A stretch of DNA of 64,000 nucleotides from Sphyrna mokarran (taxonomy: Eukaryota): positions 99,944,001 through 100,008,000 of the forward strand of contig JAGIQG010000009.1 in NCBI GenBank assembly GCA_024679065.1, given 5' to 3'. The notes beneath the pieces are model-generated. The model worked only from the letters and a program-made list of their open reading frames with translations. It did not search any database and was not told where the DNA came from. The position numbers were made by a program, and so were the translations under genes. Positions 42,801 through 54,800 of this stretch are shown here, piece by piece (the first letter of the stretch is position 1; every line of letters starts with the position of its first letter).

Positions 42801-45800
42801 CACTATGAGAGTGGTTGGGGCGAGGAATGCACTGTCTGCTAGTGGAGTGGATGTTTTAGGAACTTTCAGGGTGATTGGACTGGCACATGGGGCACAGCAG
42901 AATGATAGGGAGCAGGATGGCTTTACATTGGGTTTGGACATAGCTCGGCGCAACATTGAGGGTAGAAGGGCCTGTACTGTACTGTACTGTTCTATGATCT
43001 ATGTTCTATGTATTTCAAGGTAGAACAGGTATGAGAACGTTGACACATGTACCATAAATCTGTCTGTACGAGTTAGCCTATTATAGTGTTATGCCCCCAT
43101 GGTGAAACGATTTTAAAAATATAGTTCAGGTGACAACTTAGTCTTCCATGGCGCTATAGTTTCATTTATCAGATCTTGGAACGGATGGTCAATGAACCAG
43201 GTGGAGGGGTCAATTAGTAGGATTAATAATAATGAGACATTTATTCAGACAAAGAAATATGAATATTTAAAATTATTTAACGTAGAACGTCCTTGAAGTT
43301 TTCTTGCGCATATTTAAGCCTGACATGCAAGGTTCCTTCACTTCCATGTGAATCATTCAACGTGGTAATATTTCAGCAGTCCTGAGTACTGCATGGACAA
43401 TGTGCTGGTATTGTGGGTTATACATATCTACAGTTAATCATACATAATTTATCCAAATCGCATTTGAAGAACAAAGCTCTATACTTTCTGACAAATCCCA
43501 ATGCAGCTAAATATGTTTTCAGCTGAGTTTTCCATCTTTCAACGGAAGTCTGTAATCTTCATTTTACTTTTAATAGAAATGAAGAACATTACCACGACTA
43601 AAAAGTTTGCAGGCATGCATTAACCTGAATAAATAGAATTTTATTGTTCTCTATCACATGAACCCAATTTTACCGATTCAAAGTTTGCTGAAATAATTCC
43701 CAAATCAATAAGACTTTAATTCTTAATGTTAAGAATGCTTACGAGTTCTCCTGAAAGCATGGAAATTGGGAGTCTGTGGAATTCTTTATCACTGGATAAA
43801 TTAGATACTCTTCAACATAATTTGTGGGACATGTGTATCACTGGCCAGCCAACATTCCTTCCCACTACTGGTGAAACCTGGAGCACAGTTGCAAATCAAC
43901 AGCATCGCTGTGCCTTTGAAATAACATGTAGGCCAGACCAGGAAAGATGGCAGCTTTCCTTGCCTGAAAGACATTAACAAAATCTGAACTACGAAATATC
44001 CAAGTCAGTTTTTATTACCAGCATTCCTTCTGTCCCCTTCTTCATCTGCAAGGAACATATGCAACAGTTAATTCAAATACTGCATTTTCCACTGCAGAAT
44101 AGATTTATAAACAGTTAAATATACATTTCTGACATTTCATTTCATTCTATAGGAGTTGAAAGCAACTAATGAGATAAAAGCAATTTATACATATCTTTCC
44201 GATTGGTAATTTTAAATGAGTTGCTAATTTGATTTGTTGCGAACATGTTGGGCGGGTATATTAACAAGCCCATAAACGCTCGTGGCAGCAGTGGAATTAA
44301 CTATCTTTGTTATTCGTATCATTTCACTGTACCCGGAAGTTGGAATGATGGGAACCGTGGAACAGAATGCAGGACATAATCTGAGGATTAGTGTGCCTAT
44401 TAGAATACATTTTCACGCTGTGGTTCCAGAGCAAATTAATCCAAATACGGTGCAAAAACTCGACAGCCACCAAACGTTCTGGCTACTCCTGGGTCAAGCC
44501 TACTCCTTGACGTTAAATTTTCATAAGTATTCGGCTACAAATGACCTGACTTGATGTTACTGGCAATCACCAGAATAAAATATTAAAAAAATCTGCATCC
44601 CAGTGTCCCGAAAATGTGACGTCACAGTCACCCTCCTTCCCAATTATGCACCAATGCATTCAGCAGCTTACTGAGCCATGAAACTATCTCCCCCTTTGCT
44701 AGCAACCCAATCATCGATTGTGTCTAAAATCAAATGTATATTCAATTGTCTTCTACCGAGTATTCAAAGAATTAATCATGTATCTCAACTCAATTAGCTA
44801 CCAACTCACCAAACAAACAGCTCAAACATATATCCAACTAACCACATAATGCATCTACCTATCTATTCGCGGGAACCCCTACCAAAGAATACACACCGCC
44901 GTTACCCGGACATCCATATTTCCATTACTCACTATTTGCACTCATCACCCACATTATCGACCTGCATACCAAGCTGCATCATCCACCTTGTTAGATGTCT
45001 ATATCCTAATGCAACTATCCCTCTCAACTATTCCTCGTCCTATGCCATCACAATGGCACAACCACCTCTTTTCTACTACAATTACGTATTTCCAGATACT
45101 TACTTGAACAACCTGTATTTTACCAACATATATATTCACTTAATCATATGACCCATTCTACCACTTACAGACAACGCTCAAATGCCTACTTGTGAATCAG
45201 ATTCTCATCCATGCAGACATCGACCCAGCTCTTCGATCAGGAAGGATGTGCATGTCAGCCATTGTTTGATCAAAGCACTGTTTCCACCTCACTGAATTAG
45301 CCACCTATCTGTTTCAGTCATCTTCAAATCTTTCTAAACATATAATCACATACGACACGCCAACACACCCACAAATGTCAAGTGACTAATTTCGTAGCCA
45401 TGTGCCTGATTCAAAATAAAACTGCTCATGAATTCGTCCATCTTCCCAACATAAGAACCTCATTCCAAAAATCGCTAAATTTGTTCAACAAAGTCCATAA
45501 AAATATTATTTCCTGACATACCTAGGGACTACACATTTTTCCAACCTCTCCTTTACTTACCAAGCTGCCTATCTGCACAACTTACTTCTTTGATCACTTG
45601 TGCAACTTTCTCAATTACCCATTTGTGTAGTGACCACCCGACAGCTTACCCACTTCCATCACCAAACCACGAGGAAAAAACGAAGCATTTGGTTAACCTG
45701 TCCAAATCCAAACTTATATTTTACCTACTTCACTGTGTATGCAACTTCAGCACACTTCAACATCGCTGAGTTTTCCAGCAGCATGAGGGCTATCTACGTT

Positions 45801-48800
45801 TTGGGATGTTGCGGTGTGAAGCGAGCAACCCAGTAATCCAATGAAAAGTTCTGGGGCCCTCGGTATGTCAGTAATCCGATGAAAGGTTCTGGGGCCCTGA
45901 CAGCGAAACTCACCACTGACTTGATGCAATTAGATGCCATAAAATAAATCCGTAATTAAAATTTAATGGAGACAATTAAACGTTTGGAACTCTTGTTCAA
46001 ATTATTCTATTCAGTAATGACATTAAACGAACTAAGTCTGTCACTCATGCAGGCTTCGTCCTGCGTGTGACTCCATGTCAAAAGTAAAGATTGATTTCCT
46101 GAATCCCAATTGCACAGGCATTAATGGTCTCTCAGGTCCATAAGCAATTTATTTTGCTTCCTGAGGTGTTTCTCATTCTGAAATTTTCTAGAAAATCATT
46201 CCGTACATTGCGAATTATACATTCCTACAACCATTTACACATTGTGAAGGATGAAAAAAATACCTACCGACTGGGCCCACTTCATCCACCTGCTCACCAA
46301 TGTATCAGCAAAAATAAGTTAACTCACAAGCATACCCAAACGTCTAGCTACTGATCGAATGATGCACCAACTGCAATAACTCCAGCCGCGTTCTGGCCAA
46401 CAAAGTTAGATAGTAAGGCTACCCGATTAAATAACCATATAGGTCACATTCTACCTTTAACATCCAGCTCGCCACAGATCCGCATTACTACTCAACATAG
46501 ACATATACAGCTTACAGATGAACTCCACACGTATCTACAAATGGACAAGTCAAACACTTCCAGATGACACACATTAATTACAACACATTATCATAATGGC
46601 AAACACACCTAGTCACATATCTTCTTCCCAACTGATCCTCTTCAGCCACCAACAGAGCTATGTAAATCCCTCAGCATGTGCATACTTTGCCACTTACCTA
46701 TTTCTCCAACCTGGCCGCTATGTTAACGAACGTCGTTACCTACATTCTCCAGCTACGTTTTACCTCACCTACTCTCAATATTTTTCCCTACCAGACACAC
46801 TTGCCAGATAAACAAACAGTAAACTGCTCATTGAGTCACATGCCGAATCACAGACTTATTCAACTATACTTACAGCAAACTCTTTAACTCACTCAGGCAT
46901 CCACTCAGTACAATCAGCTATTTCAAAATATTATTCCTATACTCACCAACCAATCATCCACTTTGAAAATTCATCCAACTCGCTATCATTAACTTACACA
47001 AACAATCTCCATACAATCTGATCAAACATGCCCAACTATCGATCTATTCACGTACTTGCGCACATGCTTACATAAATGGCTCACTCACACACATGCACTA
47101 AATGAAAGACCTAGCACAAATACTTTTCCAATTTTCCTTCTTCCAACCTATCCACGTACATCACATTTTTCAAAGCTACTTACCTGAACCCAACTATCCA
47201 CTGTTGCTACAATTCATTGGGAAAAGTAGCACTGACATCCTTAAAACCACCTCACTGAAATGTGCACGCACCGAGAAATCCTTCAACTGCGCACAATAAC
47301 ATAAGTCACCAATAGACTCTTGTAACTTGTCCATGCATAGACACAATTCTTGCTCAGGTCAAGGAACACAACGCACACTCTCGCAGTAAAAATAACTCAA
47401 ATTTCCCATCTTTGAGTTGCCCACATCAGTTACCCAACTATGCATTTACTTCACTAACCCGTATCTTAATTGAGGCAAGCAACTGTACCGACAAAAACAC
47501 ATTCCCGCTCACCCGAGATACATGACTACACTGCAACCATGACAGCCACTCTCAGCGACGTATCTAACACATACACTTGCTTTGAAAGTGGCAAAGTGGT
47601 CAGTACTATTGCCTCACAACGACAAGAATCTAGTTCCTTTTGCCAGCTTGGGTCATTTTCTTTCCGAAGTTTGTGCCTTCTTGCTTTGTCAGCGTGGGTT
47701 TCATCCAGTTTTCTCTATTATACGAAATTCTCCTTCTGTTGACGTGACCAGGGACCCGAGCGTAGCAACTAGGGGAGTTGCACAATAACTGAGTTATATA
47801 ATTAATGCAAGGCTACTTGTGACAGTAATACATAAGCATTATACCCGAGCTGCTTCTGCACCCTATAAAGATCAACATTCCTAGATAGCGTATGTTTCAA
47901 CTAACAATTCATGCATTTTACAAAAAAATTGTACATAACCACCTTTCCACCTATATTTATAATCCATCCAAATCATATAAATACCGACCCATATAGACAA
48001 CAAATTCACTATTTAACCAACTAGCCATTCCATTCACATGCCCACATATGAGCCTTACACTGCTAACTGAAATATACTCTCAAGCTCGCTATCACACATC
48101 GTCCTCATTCTATCAAGCTATACTCCTCTGTCACATATGTCAGCCAAAGAAACACCGCAGATAACCACAGTCAGTGCAAGCAGCCTGTTCGCAATTCCCT
48201 TTCCGGATTCTCAGCTACACACATGAAGGTTAGCTTACAAATAGGCCAACCGCTCCAACCCCGCAACTAATAACCTCCTGCAATTATCTGACTACCACCA
48301 AATATGCAACTAACTTGTCTGACCCTATCCAACCTGCAGTTATATCCGATTTAGACGTCACGAACGCATTACTAATGTAGCCATTCAATTACATAAGCAA
48401 TGCACGCACTTCAGTATTGCCTACCTCAATCAACGACACAAAGCTCGCTTAATCCTGTGTATTCAATTACCATGTATCTCAAACAAATTTAATGTACTTA
48501 ATTTTCCACCTCAATCACACTCACACCACCCAAATATTCGTCCATCCATTCACCCACAATCTCAGCTCTTATATGATCAGCTGCTCACCTCGCCATCCTG
48601 GGTCCCGACCCAATTGCCGAACTCACATAGCTGGATACTTACCTTGCCATTCAAATTAACCTCGTACAAACCTAAACAGTTCACCCACCTACAAGTTCAC
48701 ATATCGATCCTCAACTTATTTAGCTAAGTTCTTTTTATCTTCTCATCATTCCTTACAGTTCAAGTATATGTTTCACAACTAAACCACAACTAAACTGTTG

Positions 48801-51800
48801 CTGATGTTGACTGTTGCTGATGTTGACAAAGTTGAGGATCAGTTGAGGGAAATAAGGATTACGAGGAAAGAGGTGTTGGGGCTGTTAGGCAGCTTAAAGA
48901 CATATAAAGCTCCGGGGCCTGATGACATTTACCCCAGGCTGCTAAGGGAGTCGAGGGAAGACCTAGCTGGGCCTCTGACGCAAATCTTTGTCTCTTCCTT
49001 GGACACAGGTGAGGTCCCAGAGGACTGGAGGATAGCAAACGTAGTACCGTTGTTTAAAAAAGGTCAGAGGGATCACCCAGGGAACTATAGGCCGGTGAGC
49101 TTGACTTCAGTTATAGGTAAGCTAATGGAGAGGATCCTTAGGGACAGGATGTATGAGCATCTGGAGCGCTGCGATCTGATCAGGGATACGCAGCATGGCT
49201 TCGTCAAGGGGAAGTCTTGTCTTACAAATCTAGTGGAATTTTTTGAAGAAGTGACAAAAACAGTTGATGAAGGACAGGCTGTTGATGTCGTCTACATGGA
49301 TTTCAGTAAGGCGTTTGACAAGGTTCCCCATGGTAGACTGATAGAGAAGGTGAAGGCGCATGGGATACAGGGTCGGGTATGTAGATGGGTCGAGAACTGG
49401 CTCGGGAGGAGGAGACAGAGGATAGTAGTGGAAGGCTCTTTTTCCGGCTGGAAGCCTGTCGCTAGTGTAGTGCCACAAGGCTCAGTACTAGGTCCTCTTC
49501 TATTTGTGGTCTACATAAACGACTTGGAAGTTGGGGTAGGTGGTGAGATCAGCAAATTTGCTGATGACACCAAGATGTTTGGATTGGCGGGTACAGAGGA
49601 GCAGTGCCAGGCAATACAACAGGACATAGGTAGGTTGGTAGACTGGGCAGATAGATGGCAAATGGAATTTAATCCGGATAAATGCGAGGTGATGCATTTT
49701 GGCCGGAAAAATGTAGAAGAGAGTTATAGGATAAAAGGTAAAACTATACGGAGCATAGAGACGCAGAGAGACTTGGGGGTGCAGGTTCACAAGTCTCTGA
49801 AGGTGTCCTCACAGGTGGAGAAGGTGATAAAGAAGGCATATAGTATGTTAGCTTTCATAGAAAAGGGTATAGAATACAAGAGTAGGAGTTTGATGTTGCA
49901 GTTGTATACAACTTTGGTTAGGCCTCACTTGGAATACTGCGTCCAGTTCTGGTCGCCATACTATCGGAAGGATGTGGAGTCCTTGGAGAGAGTGCAGAGG
50001 AGGTTTACCAGGATGCTGCCTGGTATGGAAGGACTGTCTTATGAGGAACGATTAAATAGACTGGGGTTGTTTCCCTTGAAAGACGTCGGCTTAGAGGGGA
50101 TCTCATAGAGGTGTATAAGATTATAAGGGGTATAGATAGAGTAAATGGAGGTAAACTTTTTCCACCTTCAGAAATGGATAGGACGAGGGGTCATGGCCAT
50201 AGGGTGAGGGGGGCTATGTATAGGACGAATATTAGAGGGCAGTTTTTCACACAAAGGGTAGTGGGGGTGTGGAATGCACTGCCGAGTAAGGTGGTGGGAG
50301 CAGGCACGCTTGGGCTGTTTAAGGGTCTCTTGGACAGCCACATGAGCGGTATGCAGATAGAGGGATATAGTAGGACTGTTTAACTACGGCTTTTTTTCCA
50401 CAGGTAATTCCTCCATACTTGACCAACAAGGAGCATGCATTCGGCAGGTGGTGCGAGGACAGCTCTTGGATGTTGATTCATGGGTTGCCTGGTACTTCAT
50501 GTCGTAAATGAGTGCTTTATGTGGACCGTCTGAAGGGCACCATGACAGCTCAGAGACTATCGATGTGGCTGTGCAGACACTTGGAATTGGGCCGGTGTCT
50601 GCGGGAGTTTGCGCGTTCTCCCCGTGGTTGCGTGGGTTTTCTCCGGGCACTCCGGTTTCCTCCCACAACCCAAAAATTCGCTCTTAGGCTGATTGGGAAA
50701 CAAATTGTCCCTATAGTGAGAGTCTTCCATATTAGGAATAACCTAATTTTATATTATGATAATGGAATTGCTACTATATAGTTATGACGGCGGCGCGGGC
50801 TCGTTGGGCCGAAGGGCCTGTTTCCCGTGCTGTGTTGCTCTAAAAAAAACAGCTCAACTATCATACGTACTTATTCAGCTAATCAAACGTCCACACATAG
50901 TGACACATATTCTTACTGAATCAATAAATCTGGAAGAAACATTCAAACCATGAACCATTTAAAGTAATTTGAATTGGTGAGCTGTTGGCTGACATAGGAA
51001 TGGCGGGAAAAGGGCGTTAGTGGGAGTTATCTGTCCATAAACCAACTCTACATCGAGCGTTGGGCTTAAAGTGAAGTAGTGAACTGACAATCTTGGAAGA
51101 AATTGCAGTAGAATTCAATTGGGTGCAGGTTTGTGGCAATGAGAATTCGCTGTGCATTTACGGTGAACCCAATACGTAGGCCAGTTAATTGCTTGCTTCT
51201 AGGAATATGCTATTGTTCTGACAAATGGAATAATAGTTATGTCAATTAATAGATTAACATATATTTTAAAAAAAATGTTGCCCGGTATCAAGCAAATTAT
51301 ACTTAAGAAGAAAACATTTTGAACAGTCTTTATCAATGCAAATCTCACTGCAGCGTGAACACATAGCTTCAAGACGGTTATTTCTCCCACCTGACTTTTT
51401 TAGTGCATATTTCAATTCTTCCAGCTCTAAATATCAAACGGGATTCCAGATAAATCATGTTCTGCTATCATTTTGTTCTGCTTTTTTAAGGCTGATATAT
51501 GGATTAGGTAGTTTTGGGATCACGCCAAATAAAATGAGAACACGGAAACCACACACAATATCCAATAGATGTTGCATTGCCTTAAACATTTTCCGTAATC
51601 TTGGGAATTAGTAAACGTTGTTTACGATGTTCGCTAATGGGACATCTCAACAAATGGCGGTATTGCATCAATTTGCATCGAGACAAAAATGTTTTATGAC
51701 ATAGAGACCAAGTGCCACGCTCAAATTCTGTTTCCTCCAGTGTAAATTACAAGAAGATAACCTATTGACCAATTTTATCACACCAATAATTATGCATAAT

Positions 51801-54800
51801 CATAGGACTTTCAGACCCTTTAAAGTTATGCTTTAGAATAATTGCACTTTCTAATGTAGATACGGTACAATTGTTCTGATGTACAAAAGAACAATCCAAA
51901 CGTCATAACTAAAGTTTTAGACACACGGGTTCAAAACCCCCACGCGAATTGGGGAGTATGATTTCAGCAATTAAAAAAAAACTGATATAGAAACATAAAC
52001 AATAATTATGTTAAATATTTTCACTTTCGTATAAATAAATCTGATTTGATCTCTTATTGACTTTTAGAGAGATGAACAAAATACAATAAATGGAAACATG
52101 AATATTCTACCAGACCATTGAAGCCTGCCTCACCATTTAATATCATCATTGTGGAATTACAATTGTCCCCGCTCCTTTTCTATGCCAATTCCCCATGACA
52201 CCCAATTTAGCTATCCATCAAATATTCATCCACCTCCATTTTAAATACTTGACATAATGCAGTCTCCACTGCTATTTGGGCCAGGGAATTCCAGAGACTG
52301 ACCATTTTCTGCAAGACGTAATTTCTATGTCCCTCAGATTTAATTGTTTGACACTTTATCGTGAAGGAGTGCCCACTTATTAAAAAAAAACTCTCCCACC
52401 GTGGAAGCATCAAACCTTCCTCCCTGACAAGGTTACTCCGTGTCTTCTATGTTTGAATAAAGTTATCCCTCACTTTTCTGAACTTCAAGGACTAGAGGCC
52501 CAGTCTATATACTTTCTCTTGCTAGGATCATGTTCTCATTCCAGGAATTATCATGATGAATCTACTTATACCTAGCTCAATTGCTGCTAGCTATTTTAAA
52601 AGAAATTGGACAAAAAACTGTACACATATTGCAGTTAAAGTCTCACCAACAAACTGCACAATCGCAACAAAATCAATTTTGTGTACATTGCAATTCGCTT
52701 GCAATAAGGCCTGAAATACAGATTGCCTTATTAACTACTTGTATCTGCTTGCTAGTTGTTTCTGATGCATGCATCCAAATCCCCCTTTCCTCCATTCACC
52801 TGATGTCTCTCTTCATTTAGTTAATAATCTGCATTTTGATTATATCCAACAAACTGGATGACTGCACACTCCTCCACATGAGACTCTATGTGCCATATAT
52901 TATTTTTTTTCCTCGTCGTCCAACTTATCTATAACTAGTTATAGAATCAAACTATCGTCATCATAACTTGCCCTTCAAAATATCTTTGCGTAATCGGGAA
53001 ACTTAAAGATTTTATTCTCTGTTCCTTCCTCGGGACATTAATGTTTAACAATGAAAAGCTATAAGACAAGAACTAATTCCACTGGTGCTCTAACCTATAT
53101 ACTTCCACTCTGAAAGGGATACATTATTACAACTGTTAGTTTTCGATTTAACATCCAGTTATTCATTCCATGCTAATTTACTTCCTCCAATACTGTATTA
53201 TTTTAGTTAATACTAACACCTCATACAGAACTTTGTCAAATGCCTTTTTGGAAATCTAAATATAATTCATTTTCTGTTAAGTCCTCAAAGACTTCGTGTA
53301 AATTTATCAAATATGTTGTATGTTCCTCGCATCATGTGGATATGCTTGATTATGTTCATTTTTTTAATAATTTTACCTACATTCTATCTGCTTGTTGATT
53401 CTAGAATTACGTCCAAGATAGATATTAAACTAACTGGCGTGCATTTTTCTGTCTTCTGCCACTCTGCTTTTGGTTGCAGTCTGGAAAGTGAAGACTGCGG
53501 CTCTGGGAAAGTTCATCCGGTCACAGGGTGCTGGTAAATTGCAGATCAACAGACAAACTATACAAAACGTATGTTCCAGATGTATGACAGCTTGATATGT
53601 CTCCTGCCCAGTACAAGCCAGCTAAAAGTTACAAAGGGTCATTAACGAAGTACAGTCCATCACTCAACTTGGCCTCGCTCCATTGACAACATATAAACAT
53701 TCTGCTACCTCGGAATTGCAGCCAGCATAACCAGTGACCCCTCACACCCCGGGTTTATTGTCTTCTAATTTATTTATTTTTTTCTAGGGGGATACGATAC
53801 AGACGTCTGAGGGCACGTACCAAACGGCTCAGAAACAACTTTTGTCCTTCTGCCATGAAACTTGGTATGGATGTACTTCACATTAATCTTTCTTGACACT
53901 CTCGCTGCGGCTGTAACACTGCATTCCGCACTCTCAACTTTATTTTCCTTTGTTTGCATAGAGCACCAGAAGCCATAGTTTTCACTATATAATAATACAT
54001 GTAACAATAAAAAATCAAATCCTGCAGCTGAGAAGTGTTTGCTACCCTATCCGGTTTTATCTAGTCGTATTATTTCTGAAAAAAAATACAAACATTGCGA
54101 TTTATATGAAATAAGAGGCCCAGGAAGCTTCCATGTAACTGTTGTGGTTGACCAAGTCGTTTGTTCACGATGCAAAAAATATATCTATTGCAAAGGCAGC
54201 AATATGCAGATACTGAGTTGCTACAATCTTTAAACTTGTGCTCGTTCAGGAGATTAAGAATCTGTTGAACTGGTGTGGACAAGCCTCTCCTTAAATGTCA
54301 CTAGAACGAAGGGCATTGCCATCGACTTCAGAAAGGATAGTAGAGGATATGTCCCTGTCTTCATCAAGTGGATAAAATGGACATGATCGAGATCTTCAGA
54401 TTTCTGGTCGTTCAATTCATTTTCAATCTGCCCTGATGCCTCCACGCCGACGCTACAAGTAAGAAAGCGTCTCTGGTTTTTCAGTAGTGTAAACAAATTT
54501 CACATGTCCATTACTACGTTCATCGTGATTTTCAGATGCATCATAGAAAAATATTGTTTCTGCTTGTTTCAAAACCTGGTATGGCTCCTGCTCTGCCCAA
54601 GACTGAAAGAACTATCAAGAATCGTGAACGAAGTATAGCAAATTATGCAAGCAGCATTTAATCTGTCTGCACACTGCCTTAGAAAAGCAACCAACATAAT
54701 CAAGTATCCCGAGCACCCAGAATATACTCTCTCTCTCATCTACTTCCATCGAAAAAAATGCAGACGTCTGATATCACATACCTACTGACACAAGGACAAA

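Larger units (their letters stand above)
40800..51620. repeat. Segmental duplication unit 2, expanded by two CR1 insertions
   Basis: Same order of landmarks as unit 1. Confidence 0.85.

Noticed and set aside
45831-45898. Two ~30-nt direct repeats with a short spacer (cagtaatcc-atgaaa-gttctggggccct)
   Set aside because: Only two copies in a vertebrate context, at a decayed SINE head; a local duplication, not a CRISPR array.
48798-50108. 436-aa ORF as a host gene or domesticated reverse transcriptase
   Set aside because: Typical 5'-truncated CR1 ORF2 with a downstream frameshift, absent from the paralogous unit; a recent insertion explains its integrity.
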